Counted from the whole stretch's first letter, positions 26,501-39,170 are shown. The stretch: 62,923 bases of DNA, filler included, from Choristocarpus tenellus KU-1152 (GCA_964200185.2; 10 parts of 10 records of this genome joined end to end with filler, not necessarily neighbours in it), one strand, 5' to 3'. Notes: a model not told the origin generated them from the letters alone. Numbers and translations: made by a program.

Positions 26501-28997
26501 CCCATTCTCTTTCTCCTCAAACATACTTTGGATCTGATTTCGAGTATTGCGGCAGTGCTAAGTTGTGTTGTATTTGCATAATCCCATAAATGAATATCAT
26601 TAATTGCAGGAGTGCATGGAAAGCAATTTATATACTGCAGGGTACAATCCTACTTAGTTGAAGTGAGTTCCTAGTCAATAAAAAAGAAATCTAGCCGAAT
26701 AGCCTACCTCGACCATGCAGATATCTTTGTCATCCCCAGCTGGACAAGGAATGGACTTGAGAACGGAAGTGAAGCCGTTCATGGATGAAGTGATTATTTT
26801 GAGCAGAAAAGCCTAGAAGGAATCAAAATGTACAAGGAGTGATGCAAACAACGAGGGGGTGTAATATTAGTCCTAGTCCTTGTCAGAGCGAAGATAGCAT
26901 CAACCACGTGCAAGTCACACAGCCTGAATCTGAAGTACTGTTAAGTGAGTAGGTGAAATGTTTCCGTACACCATGACCGGTGTACACATTACCAATTATC
27001 TTACTCTGCTACAAACTAGTTACTACTTCTCAATGTTTCCATTCAATTGGTACAATTGAACTTATTTTTATGACAGAAGTCAACATTACTCTTACGCAAA
27101 AAGTCATAATGATTCTTCTCCATGTTACCTCAATATTGCAGTCATCAGTCCAAGTCATAGAAATTGTTCTTGGAAGAGGAGTGCCTTCATTTGTTGTATC
27201 GATGATATCACCCATCCAAATCTGTATTGAAGGAGGTTGAAACACTTAGTTGAGAGAAATTCCAAAATAACCGTTACTGCTACAACTGTCTTTGATTAGA
27301 GTTAACCATTGATGATACAAAATAGAGAGAGAAGGATGGGTGCTGTTTCACCAGGCCCTACAATTAATCATATGGAGAATGAGTGTGTGGTCTTGTGATA
27401 ATGTGAATTATTTCCATCAGAGCCTTCATTTGAATAGGAAGGTCCGTCCCATAAGGCTACAGCAGGCTTGAGGACCCAGGACGTAACTCTGTTGTCGTTA
27501 GTCCATTGACTATAAACGTTTCTTGTATTATCCTCACTTATCTTAACTAGAAAATTTGCCATCAAATATGCCATGAGGGCTTCCCCACTTACCAGGTAGA
27601 AGAGGACCCCCCATTTGATTTGACAAAAAAAAATAGTGTTTGCATTTTGCACCCAAATACTACGCATATGCAAACTTCGATAGGACGTCATACAAGTGGT
27701 GGTAAACTCCTAAGCACAACAGAAGGAAGATAAACTCTAGCTTCCCCATGCTATCTTCTCTACCGCCAGTCATATTCATGGACGTAATTGGACAACTTAT
27801 CTTCGATTTCTTACCTTACGGGCTTGCTTATTGGAGAATATCTCCGGTTCTTGCACCGTGAACGATTTTAAAGAGGCAAGGACACTCTGTAGGAGTCGAA
27901 AAAAAGAGGGAAGAAGAGGTTAGGAAATTCGAAGGATATGATGGGTCATATTCGTTTGTTGGTCTACGTTTGAAAGGTTGGGGCTAAATCGGGGATACCA
28001 CACAAGGTCTAGGAGACACTCACACAATGTTTGAACAATTCAAGGAAGTATGAGAAGTGTGACGCTAATATTTCCTGGTTTTCAATTTATCATTCACTTC
28101 TCGAAGAGCAATCGAATCTATACTTGTGTGGATGGCACTCTAGAGTAGAATGGAACACCGTCATACCAACAACCAACGTAGGTACTCTAAAGTTTCTTTG
28201 TATAGGGTCAAGATATCCGAACAGTCCTAGCGGACGCTAAAATCCTCTATAATTCCTGACCTCTGTCCTGCTGATGGTGAATTCTAGGAGCTGGGCATCT
28301 TCTGCTATACCAAGCGTGTCGCAGTCCAGCCTCCCAAGTTCAATATTCGTCACTTGTAGTTTCAACGTAGAGCGGACGGAGGCAGCCAGAAACGGGAGTT
28401 GTGCGTACTCTTGTTGAACTCTGAGCCGGAAACCACTCGAGATTGGGGGCTATTCCTCAGTTCATCACACTACAGCAAACAATGACGTCTATCATTTCCT
28501 CCAGAGAATCTACGCTTAAGCTGACAGTGGTATCGACAAACATGGTCCGCGAACATTGGATATGAACAGTAGAGTGCTTCAACAACTTGGGGAGAAGCAT
28601 AATAACTGCATGTGCACGGTGCTTCGCTCGAGAGTAGGAAAGCCATGGACAAGAAAACGTACAACTCCGACCCTAAGTCTCACCTTCCCCATCTGAGCAC
28701 CTTTCTATAACATAAAACATTTATTGAGAGTAGGTTACCTCGTATCATACACCACGTTTAAAACTCATCATCCAGTATGTGCTTCCGTCTATTGCCTCTT
28801 CCACCCTCACTTGTGGCCCACTTGTCCTCTTCGATACTGGATGTTATGTCGCGTATTACCGAATTGTCGGACATAAACTCCACATGGTCTAACCCTACGG
28901 AGGGAATTCCATCCCTCCCAAATTGATTTGCTTTGCTAGGCGTACCCAGCACAAACATTACGAGCACCAGATGTGCATATTCCCAAGAGGATTTCAT
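20524..28997 (-). CDS. Secreted metzincin zinc metalloprotease (reprolysin-like/peptidyl-Asp metallopeptidase-like) with a 6-Cys module and a GDPH (VWD-like) domain; C-terminus truncated by gap
   Basis: Phase-consistent exons 27244-27129, 26812-26708, 26533-26327, 25274-25158, 24628-24476 (IDVLLLYS), 23901-23753 (LREIYSADLV...CGLG), 23493-23305 (HEIGHNLGCHH), 22920-22779 (Met-turn TIMAY; PYFSNP), 22670-22571 (6 Cys), 20995-20524 (GDPH...FTGENGGWYNLV...CLADGAL...AANLPGECRPFGF). A signal-peptide-like ORF starts at 28997. Exons upstream of 27244 (27886-27815, 27541-, ~28449-28261) are less certain. Confidence 0.88.
21302..21587 (-). mobile_element. MITE family A (intronic, one terminus duplicated)
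   Basis: Reverse-complement match to family A; GAGTGAAAGTACC...TACCCTCTAAGATACTTTGG. Confidence 0.85.
25403..25579 (+). mobile_element. MITE family C (about 177 bp, intronic)
   Basis: TIRs GGGTCAACGCATCTGG...CCAGATACGTTGACCC; homologous to 52456-52632. Confidence 0.8.
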
Positions 28998-30769
28998 CGC
29001 CAAAGAACTCTCGCCTTGCCTTGCGGTGGCGTATCTGTTAAGGCATAGGGTTGGTGATAAACATGTTATTGAACAGAGAAGTTGGAGTCACTGATGTTGA
29101 CACTGATACATCTCAACAATACACGCGTCCAACATACTCACAAATATAACAAGTGGTGGTTGTACAGTTGTGCTTTCAAGGTTGAAATAGAAAAACATTT
29201 TTCTATCATGTGATGGGCACCATTGAGCTGGCGAGTTATGTCCCTTCAGCCAAGTAAATTAGTCCATATCGATTGGTAGGTCCTGGAGGTAATCATGCAC
29301 TGAAGATAACACACTCCTACCTTATCTTGTTGCACCAAAAACATGTTTTATTGATTTTCTTTTCAAGTGTACACCATGTCGTTCGAAGCGCCGATGAGGA
29401 TAATGAGAGGTTTTCCGCTCGTTGAGGGTACGCAAAGCAGCTAGCTACCTACTCGCACTATGTTTTGGATTTGGGGTCCTTTTCAAACAATCCATCATTC
29501 CATACAGTAGTTGCACAAGAGAAAGAGACAAGATTGATTATCGTTTACAGTTCATCATACCTTTATCTTTTTGGGGTTGTATAGGATGTATACCTAAATT
29601 TCCTTATCCCAAGCCGATATGATCATGAACTGTGCGAGATTTACAGGACTGTTGTAGAGGTAGGTTATAATGGAGGAGGAGTTGTTGACAAAAACGACGA
29701 ACTTCAGAAATTCTATCCATTCTACAGGCACATTTTTGGCTTATGTAAATAAATATAGAGATATTTTCATTAATCAAAATGTATCATTTTGTTGGTAGAA
29801 TATAAATATATTGTGAGAACCAATATAGACCCTTTTTGTTGTTGATTAGTAAATTGATTTAGAAATGTTCGAGAAGAAAGAAGATGTCTCTTTTCCTTTT
29901 CGCTGATGTAAGGACAGTGATTTCTCGAAACTAGTAAGAGATTCGGAACATCTTCATTTTCTATCGATAGTTCATCTCGACGTATGCAATTTCAGTATTA
30001 TTCCTTAGTCTAATTTCAATTTCAAGAGAAATCATTCTTAATTTATAGAATGGGATGTGTGACGTATATAAAAAGGAACATGTTGTCGTATATTTCAATA
30101 TTATTATTCTATAAATATATGTTCATATTTTCCCTAAAGAAATAAAACATCCTGAACATAAGAACACTATAAAACATGGAAAAGACTAATCTACCAGTTG
30201 CTTCCCCATCAAATGCTGTACTACTCTGTCTTCCTTTGCTTCCCATCTACACCAAGGACCCGTAGAGACATATATATATATATATTCATTTTTATTATTA
30301 TGCTCTCTGACATTTTGCAGATGTGTCAAGAGGGAAACAAATTAAATGCCAGTAAAGCCCTAAAGAAATAAAATATCATTTAGGTGGAAAATACAATAAA
30401 ATTATATAAATGTGAAAAACAAAAGATATAAAACAACATACATACATATAAAATGAGAGGGAATGAGAAGAGGGTTATATGGTTTGTATCCACGAATGTC
30501 CAGGCTTCGGGGAACGGGAGCTATGTCCCAATAAAATAATGGACAAAACACGAGGGAACATCTCTGGTGCAATTTTGAGGGTCACGACTTCAAAACGGAC
30601 AAAAATGAATTGCTTGACTGAACTCTTACAAAAAACTGGTCCATGGTAGGTCGCTGCCCAAGTTTGGCTGGTGTGTGGATACCGAAATAAATTTCAATAT
30701 TTCCAGACATCTTTTTATCGCCTTTTCCAGATTTTCTGAGAGCACACACACATGTTACTTACGTAGCAA

Positions 30770-31673
30770 CATGAACCATGACGATGAGACAAGGAGAGCT
30801 GCCGAGGCCACTCTGCCCCCTGAATCTACCCTCGGTACCTTCTCTGTCGAGAGGTGACGAAAAAGCAATTACCGTGTGACACTCAGTGCGATGTTAGAGG
30901 TGACGAGAAAGTGCGAGTAGTTTGATGCCGCAGCATGATCAAATCGAAAAATGGATCACGCGGTTGCAACTATGACGCTGAGAGAAGGTCAGCACTAGCA
31001 CACAAACGTGGTTGGATCTTCAACCACGTCTGAGAACTACTCTGCAATATCTGCCGCCTCAGGAAGACAGGAAGAGAGTGGCGAGTCCATCGCCAGGAGG
31101 TACAGTGACGAAGTCTGTGAGGAAGCCTGGTCGTGGCGGGCGAAGGAAGAACCAGAGTGACTATGTGCCATTGCGCTCAGGAAACGCTTAAGCGAAAACC
31201 CGGGCATATAATATATTTGTAGTCAACAGTTGCCGCAGGCCCTAGCTGTTCGGAAGCTATGTGAGCCAGAGCGGCTTAGGGAATGAGAAAAGAAGGTGTG
31301 TTAGGGTTGGGCTACAAGGGCTCTGAATCCCGAAAGAAGGCAACCCATTTCCAGCGCTCAACGAGGAAATGTGAAGGAGTTAATGCTGTGAATCCTGTAC
31401 CTGTGTATGACCGATGGGAAAGACCATCAAACAGTGCTCGAGATGGCAGGAGGACAGGCGATGGTCAGGTCGGAAACTGTGAGTAAATGGGAGAGATATT
31501 TCCTAACTAAGGTCCATATGAAGGTGTCGGAGCAAGGGTGCGACGAGAGGCGTTTCGTTCTGAAGCTCGATGAGGACATCCTTGCCGAGGTCAAAGAGTG
31601 GGTGCGCGAACACACAGGAAGAAAGGGTGGGGAGGCTTTTCTCCTGCCTAAACCCTATACTTTAATCAAGTAA
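30770..31673 (+). pseudogene. Degenerate ORF, possibly the N-terminal part of a DDE transposase
   Basis: Stop-riddled reading ending RSETVSKWERYFLTKVHMKVSEQGCDERRFVLKLDEDILAEVKEWVREHTGRKG, reminiscent of the DNA-binding region of IS630/Tc1/mariner-related transposases. No catalytic motif seen. Confidence 0.35.
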
Positions 31674-32008
31674 TAGTATATCCGTTCCCACTCTTGGTGA
31701 CCTACAATCCAGGGTTTGAACCCCAATATGACCGGTCTTTCTTCAAAAAAAGAAAAAATGGCGAGAAAGAAAAAACTGAAGCCCGTGCTCTGGAGGGCCT
31801 TGTGACGGTCATCACGAATCTGCTTTTATTTTTTAATCCGATGTCTACATCAAAAGTGATGACGGGACAACCCCAGAGGTCGAAGCTACTGGTACCACTA
31901 TACTGTCGTCAGGCAGGGTCCATTCAGTCATGGGTAGTGTTCAGAATCACCAGTTGTGTCACAGTGAGGTGCTTCCAGCAACCCAAAGCTCCCTCGGTCA
32001 TCAAACCT

Positions 32009-32258
32009 TAGTCAAAGTATCTTAGAGGGTAGGGTCACGTCCATTTGGAGGTCAAAATCCAATGTTACGATTTTGATGTAACTTTTGCTATCTTGTTTGT
32101 TAGGAGATATCAATATCTTTGTTCTCGACACACCTTTTCATAATGTATACATTTTACCTACTCCTAAACATTTTGGAGTAGGTAAAATGTCATTAAAAAC
32201 CCGTGGGAAACCAAGCCCCAAAATGGACAAACAGGGCAAAACTGGTACCCTCTTAGGA
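32009..32258 (+). mobile_element. MITE family A
   Basis: AGTCAAAGTATCTTAGAGGGTAGG left TIR and full body; right TIR degraded. Confidence 0.85.
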
Positions 32259-33679
32259 AAGGTTTTGATGGGGTCTCGGATCCGACGGGTGATATCACAT
32301 CTTTGTGAATGTTCAACCATAAGTGGTCTCTGCGGGTCCTCAAACTTTTCTTTGTTGATGTTGGCGGGAAAGTCACCAATGACAAAGAAATATGCGCGCA
32401 ATGCACTAGTGTGTGCGCGCGGATGTGTATCTGGACTGAGATCAGTTCCCAAAGGGACCTGTCCGTCACATCATCCCCCCCCCAGTGTGAGCTCTGTCCG
32501 CACACGAGAAAAAAAAAGTGCTGGCCAGCACATCATGGCAGACAGTCCTGTCGGAGAAAATAAATAAAAAATAATAATCTGGGTATCCCAAGAATGTTCA
32601 ATGAGCCAATTTGGAGGATTTCCTTCAAAGGTCGTCCTCAACGGGTTTGTAACCCCAAAGTGTGGTCATAGTAAAACTATGGTGAAAAGGAACATTAATC
32701 AATTGGGTATCCCATACCTGTTTATGTGGTCAATTTGGAGGATTTCCTTGAAACGTTGTCCTCAACAGGGTTGTAACCCCAAAGTTGCTGGTGACGGGAA
32801 ACATCTTGTTGTACTTTAATTACCCAGGAGTTACGAAGATAACATCCCAGGAATTTTTGGTACCAAAATGCTTGGGTCATTGTGTTGATCGATCTACAAT
32901 GCCTCAGCTAGCGTAAATGTGAAATGGAAAACTATGGCTCCCTTTCCGGGTTGTGGGTCGCGCTAGGCCACAACAGATGTCTCAAGAAGAACTACACTGA
33001 GGCGGAGGGATTTTTAAGAATTGCATCAGTGATTACATTTTTGGGTGAACCATTACCTTGAATTATTACCTTGCGTCCCTGAAAGAAAACGTATAAATAT
33101 CCTGTATTGTTAGCAAAGGATTGTCCACTTCCATTCTGAGGAATCTGTATATTGTCTAATCCTTTTGATTTGAAGGTGAAAACTCGATTTCCCACCTTCA
33201 ACTATTGTTGTTAATAACCCTTGTATCAAGAGTTCTGGAGTGATAACGTACAGTTTTCTTCCAGTTCTAATCTTTTGGACTATGTGGAGCAGAACCTTGT
33301 GCCTGCCAACAAGGAACACAGTCACCTCCCACCGAGTGAGCTCAAAACAAAATCTTATTTGCTTAAGGGGTAAACCATTGAGAGGGCCGAAGGATTCCAA
33401 CGATTTCCTGATGTTAATAAAGGGTTCAAACCTATAAATGACCATCCCAAATATTCACATCTATTACCCTTTTCGCGGGTATGGTGGAAGCAAGTTTGGA
33501 GATGAAAAAAGAGGTGCATGGGGATCTTCTTCCATTCGAAACTCGACAAAAAAGGGACAAAGCCCTGACCACCCCATATGTGTATGGACCGATCAAAATA
33601 TCCATTTGAGGGGTTAAAAAATACGAGTGCACTTCTTAAGGAAAAAACGCCAACAACTTAGCGGGTAAATCGCCCACGA

Positions 33680-33929
33680 GAGTGAAAGTACCTTAGAGGG
33701 TAAGATTTTTGCCCTCTATGTTCATTTGGGGCTTGGCTTCCCATGGGTGCTTTATGACATTTTCCAACTCGAAAATGTTTCAGAGTAGGTAAAATGTATA
33801 CGTTATGAAAAGGTGTGTCCAGAACAAGGATATTGACACTTCCTAGCAAACATGATAGACATCAAAATCGCAACATTGGATTTTGGCCCCCAAATGGACG
33901 CTGCTCTACCCTCTAAGATACTTTGACTC
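33680..33929 (-). mobile_element. MITE family A, complete, TSD ACGA
   Basis: GAGTGAAAGTACCTTAGAGGGTA...TACCCTCTAAGATACTTTGACTC with ACGA on both sides. Confidence 0.92.
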
Positions 33930-34231
33930 ACGAGTTCGCCTTGAAAAAGGATTCAAACCTTCATCTCTACCTCTTTCAGTGGAATCTGATGTTGTATCAG
34001 GCCGGCAACCCACTTTGTGAGTAGTAGGTGTAGCCACAGGGAAATTACCTTGAGTGTTCGAAGCAAGAGCATGTTCAGTGTTCTTGACAACAATGGTGGC
34101 AATTGATTGAGCCAGGCGTGTTTGTTTTGTGAAGAGTGTGATGGTGCTTCGGCTATTACGGCAGAGGGTGGTGGAGAAGATTGAAAAGACTTTGGTGTCG
34201 GTACACCTTGGTCAGAGGGAGCTTTTGAAGA

Positions 34232-35391
34232 CTATAGCCTCAGTAAACTTTGGTCAGGAGAAACATCCAGATTGTGTCGTGACCTGTATGCTTCAATCAT
34301 CTCTGCACACTGAGGAATTTCTTTTGCTCTCCTCCAGACATCACTAGCTGGAGCAAAACCTCTAAATTTAAGCCGGTATGAATTGTTAGGTGGGGATTTA
34401 CGACCCACTCCATGTTGATGGACTGCAATGCCGTAAACAAAGTATGACCCTAAAATTGGTTGAACGCTCGAACCTTGTTCTATATCTGGTTCAGGTATTG
34501 TCCTGACCAAAAAAAAAGAATTGAGAGAGTCAATGTCTGGTTCAGGAGGGTAGCCTTCTTTTTATGGATGGTCGTGCTATATGCACAATAATTTCTCAAT
34601 TGTCGGCCTGCGCCTTCACACGGTAGAAGACCGGAGTTATCCTTCATATGGTCCTCTCCACGGAGTCAAAGAGTATCTTTTAGAGGGTAGGGCCGCGTCC
34701 ATTCGGGGGCCGAAATCCAATGTTGCGATTTCCATGTATTTTATCCGTCGTATTTGTTAGGAAGTGTCAGTATCCTTGTTCCGGACACACCATTTCATAA
34801 CATATACATATTACCTACTCCGAAACATTTCGGAGTAGGAAAAATATCACAAAAAACCCATGGGAAGCCAAGCCCCAAATGGACAAACAGGGCAAAACTC
34901 GTACCCTCTAAGATACTTTCACTCCACGGGGACAGTAACTTGGGTTTAGGAGCGTCTGCCGAAGTGTGAGGTTTGTGAAGTCACACCTTAGCACCAACTT
35001 CAAAAGTAGAAATGGTGTGCTTTGTGGCCTTGTACTCGTTGCATGAAGCCATCTCACCGATATTCTGTCTAGCCAGTTCATATGCCAGTTGTAAATGACC
35101 CACTGCTTGCTTACTGTACTCCTGGCTAGAAAGAGGCATGGCCTCTGGTTCTCCAAAAATGACATTAATTGGTAACGTGGGACGTCTCCCAAACATTAAA
35201 TAAAAGAGTGTTTCGTGTACAGTGGTATTATAAGCGGTATTGTAAGACAGTTGCACAAAAGGCAATAATGCTGCCCAATCCGATTGCTTCATATTGGAAT
35301 ACATAGCTGGCATGCCATGCATTGTCTTATTTATTTTTTCCAGAATGCTATTGGCTTGAGGCCGATACGGTGTTTTTTTTCTTGTATCCAT
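34232..35391 (-). mobile_element. Ty3/Gypsy integrase C-terminal half with GPY/F motif and chromodomain (decayed)
   Basis: TPYRPQANSILEKINKT...DWAALLPFVQLSYNTAYNTTVHETLFYLMFGRRPTLP...FEVGAKV; KLLSP|WRGPY split by a MITE; then YFVYGIAVHQHGVGRKSPPNNSYRLKFRGFAPASDVWRRAKEIPQCAEMIEAYR (chromodomain-like). Confidence 0.85.
34663..34924 (+). mobile_element. MITE family A, complete, TSD CACG, nested in Gypsy integrase
   Basis: TIRs plus CACG duplication; removing the element and one CACG restores LLSPWRGPY. Confidence 0.93.
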
Positions 35392-37728
35392 GGATCTTTT
35401 GAAGTTCCAGGATCAGTTTATTTTCAATTTCCTTACCCTGATCTGAGTGTAAGATTTCTGTCGCGCCAAAAATAGAAAACACTCGTTTTGTTAGTGCTTT
35501 TGCTACAGTTGCCTCTCGTTTGTCCCCATCATATGTAGTAATATCTTTGCCGTGTATTCTGTGTTGAAAACTGAGGTTGAATGAAACGTGCTTTCTTGTG
35601 CAGTGACAGGTTGTAGGGAAGAGGTGTCATAGTACAGTGAAGCACTGGCGAGTTTGTTTGCCTTGTTTAGGTAGGGAGCAAGCTGAGCTAGTGTATGAGA
35701 GTACTTCAGCGTGGAACGCTACATCCATGCGGAAGTTCCGGTCCACTGGAAACGTGCTGTGATCCTCCACCGTGCAATGAAAGCTCGTTTTTGGTACAGA
35801 GTTAGCGTAGAGCTTTCTCCTAACTTCATTTACAATCTATCCAACCCAGTAAGAAATCAATCAACTCATACATTACATACACCAAAAATACTTCAAGATG
35901 GTCGAAAACAGTCTAAATAGTAGTTCCATCATCCTGACATATACAAAAAGGTGCTTTAAATGGTTCGAAAATGAACCGAAAATTTGGGATTGCTGGCTCC
36001 TTCCCTTTCATTTTGTGGATGTGTGGGGGAAGAGGGCAAAAGACCATGACAATAACACTAATACATTGTTATATTCTTAGTTTTCAAATTGTAGGTGTGT
36101 CAGGGACAGGTTCCTTTTTGGGATCGCCGANNNNNNNNNNNNNNNNNNNNNNNNNNNNNNNNNNNNNNNNNNNNTTAATTAATTAANNNNNNNNNNNNNN
36201 NNNNNNNNNNNNNNNNNNNNNNNNNNNNNNCTACGGTATAACGGTATATGGCATACGGTAATAACGGTATAATAACAGACAAACATGCTTTCCACATATA
36301 CAACCGAAGAAAAAATAGGTTGAATATAATACACTTTCTTGGTGAAGAAATAATAGGTGCGTATCCCTTCCATGAGAATCGGGCTCGTCTGTGGCTATCC
36401 CTGCGTGCTGTACGTAACGCTCAACACCGGGTGTGTCCGAAGGTAAAAAGACGACAGGACTTCCTCTTCGTGCAAGGTGATCAGGTGCGTACGGCTCGAG
36501 GATGATGTGAACCGACCGCGACATGCCATCCTCTCTGGGCCTAACTCGATGCGCAAAACATTTTCTCTCTCCTTCTGTTTGTTTCTCCTGTCCCATTTCC
36601 AACGTGCCCACCCGATGCAGACATCCCGCGATCAACTCAGAGGATTAGTCTAACGACCGAACGCCGCCATGCCTCCAAAGGGAACCAGAAGGTGAGTCCC
36701 CACACAAGAAATGTTCACCCTTCGTGCAGCCTACACTGGAGCGTTTCTGAATGACCAATATGGCAAACACACCATAATGATTTAGCGCCTTTGGCGGATG
36801 TCGCGGTTTTCATCTGTTCAAGTAGTATGTATTAGCATGTGGCTGACATTATGGTGTACCCAAGCGGTTGTTTGACCCCCTAGTCACGACCCCTAAAACC
36901 CAAACATTGTCGCATAGTGTGCCGTACCGAACGCGCCCATCCGGGGTCGAGCCTTCCTCGTCTACTGGCCGTTCGCGATGTGTAACGTATCCTGCCAATT
37001 CCTATGTACACGTTCCTCTTGATACTAAGTTCCAACATGTCTTGTATTTCGGCTTTTGCGAAAGTACGAACATGCCCCTCCCATTAGGAATGATCTCGTT
37101 ATTGCTTTCATAATGTATAGCCCAAATCCGGGTTAGGTCTAGATGGCGTTGCTGTTCACCACGCTACATCGATTCACGTGAGATAGGGCGTACAATCAGA
37201 CACAACACAGACAAGGTCCTAATTACATTCCCTCACATTTCAATACAGTGCAAAGCGGTAGCAATTGAAACCTCAACGCGCTATTTACGAAGGTCTTCAG
37301 GACTACGACCGTACCAATTTCGTCCACGACTGCTATGTTGCCACCTGTGTAAATAGTTTGTCAGAAGCTCCAGATAGAATACCGAGTGAAAGCAATTTCG
37401 CATCAAAATCGGCGTAAACCCTATGCACGCTGGTCTGTCTATTCCGCAGTATAGTCCATGGCTCTGTCGACATTGGCGAATTTTTGTTTCGTGTATACTA
37501 AGAGGCCTCCATGTCATGGCGCTTTGAAATCCAGGGAGCAAATGCTCAAGTTAGGCCAAGATTGGCGACGTGTGCGGTGTTGAAGAATTTCCAACGTATC
37601 TACCCCCCATTGCGTTTTTCTTGGTCCTGAACACAACCACACGGCTCAGCACATGTTTACGTGCTCATTTGTATTCGGAGCTTGTACCAAGCAGCTGTCA
37701 GCAGGTAACACCAACATTTTTATACTCA

Positions 37729-37987
37729 GAGTGAAAGCATCTTAGAGGGTACGAGTTTTGCCCTGTTTGTCCATTTGGGGCTTGGCTTCCCATGTTTTCG
37801 TTTATGAAATTTTCCTACTCAAAAATGTTCGGGGTAGGTAAAGATGTATACCTTATGAAACAGTGTGTTCGGAACAAGGATATTGACATTTTCTAACAAA
37901 TACAATAGCCAAAATTACATCAAAATCGCAACATTGGATTTAAACCGCCAAATGGACGTGGCCCTGTCCTCTAAGATATTTTGGCTT
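37729..37987 (-). mobile_element. MITE family A
   Basis: GAGTGAAAGCATCTTAGAGGGTAC...CTCTAAGATATTTTGGCT; flanks CTCA/TTCA. Confidence 0.9.
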
Positions 37988-38206
37988 TCAATGCCCCGTA
38001 TTTGTTACCTTTACAACCGCGTACATAACAGCTGTCAATGGTGGTGTCACCAACGTTATCAAGTTCGATGCCCTGTATTTGTTACCTTTACAACCGTGCA
38101 CACACCAGCTGTCAATGGTGGTGTCACCAACGTTTTCACATTCGACGCCCTGTATTTATTACCTTTACAACCATGTACACACCGGCTGTCAATGGTGGCA
38201 ACACCA

Positions 38207-38467
38207 GAGCCAAAGTATCTTGGAGGGTAGGGCCGCGTCCATTTGGGGGTCAAACTCCAATGTTGCAATTTTGATGTAATTTTGGCTATCGTGTTTGTCA
38301 GGAAGTGTCAATATCCTTGTTTTAGACACATCTTTTCATAGTGTATACATTTTACCTACTCCGAAACATTTTGGAGTAGGAAAATTGTAATAAAAAAAAA
38401 TCAAGTGGAAGCCAAGCCCCAAGTGGACTAACAGGGAAAAACTCGTACCTCTAAGATACTTTCACTC
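38207..38467 (+). mobile_element. MITE family A, complete, TSD ACCA
   Basis: GAGCCAAAGTATCTT...AAGATACTTTCACTC with ACCA on both sides, inside a minisatellite unit. Confidence 0.92.
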
Positions 38468-38806
38468 ACCAACATTTTCAATTGGATGTCCTGTATTTGT
38501 TACCGTTACAACCGTGAACACACCAGCTGCCAATGGTGGTGTCACCAACGGTTTCAAATTCGATGCCCTGTATTTGTTACCTTCACAGCCGTGCACACAC
38601 CACCTGTCAATGGTGGTGTCATTAACGTTTTCACATTTGATGCCCTATATTTATTACCTTTATAACCGTGTACACACCAGTTATCAATAGTGGAATCATC
38701 AAAACCAGGACCGTCGCATCTATATTGTATTTGATCGGAACCGTTCATAAATCGTATTCTGCCACCCCAGTCGCTGACAATGTAAGCCCTGAAGTCATTG
38801 TTGCCT

Positions 38807-39048
38807 AAGTATCTTAGAGGGTACGAGTTTTTCGCTGGTCGTCCTTTGGGGCTTGGCTGCCCACGGGTTTTCAACGACATATTGTACTTAAAAATGTTTT
38901 GGAGAAGTCCAATGTGTACATTATGGAAAGGAGTGTCCGGAAAAAGGGCATTGACATCTCCAAACAAAAATGATGGCAAGAATTACTGCAAAAATGCAAC
39001 ATTTGAATTCGGCCCCCAAATGGACGCGGCTCTACCCCTAAGATACTT
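38807..39048 (-). mobile_element. MITE family A, more diverged
   Basis: AAGTATCTTAGAGGGTACGAG...TACCCCTAAGATACTT; outer TIR bases lost. Confidence 0.85.
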
Positions 39049-39170
39049 GCCGCACCCATAATACCAACCCTAACGCTAACCAAAATAAATTGCTTACATT
39101 TCGAATGCTAACCCCAATCCGCCAAGAGACTTATTTCACCTTGCATCGAACATGTCGAGGTAGTTGCAAT

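Larger units (their letters stand above)
37692..38695. repeat. 77-bp minisatellite (~6.5 units) interrupted by two MITEs
   Basis: Unit GATGCCCTGTATTTGTTACCTTTACAACCGTGCACACACCAGCTGTCAATGGTGGTGTCACCAACGTTTTCACATTC; period 77 (38067 to 38144). Confidence 0.92.

Noticed and set aside
36231-37600. CpG-rich region with a Kozak-like GCCGCCATG (36669), a GTGAGT donor and some exon-like minus-strand segments
   Set aside because: Could not build a phase-consistent gene model or recognise a family; left unannotated.
37692-38695. CRISPR-like or coding-repeat reading of the 77-bp array
   Set aside because: Head-to-tail units with no unique spacers, no cas genes, eukaryotic context; 77 is not a multiple of 3.
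8002-38979. Repeated small ORFs resembling LLGSVNILVLDTPFHNVYILPTPKHFGVGK (8002, 21091, 32085, 33658, 34754, 38554)
   Set aside because: Chance translations of MITE family A; starts, stops and frames are not conserved.
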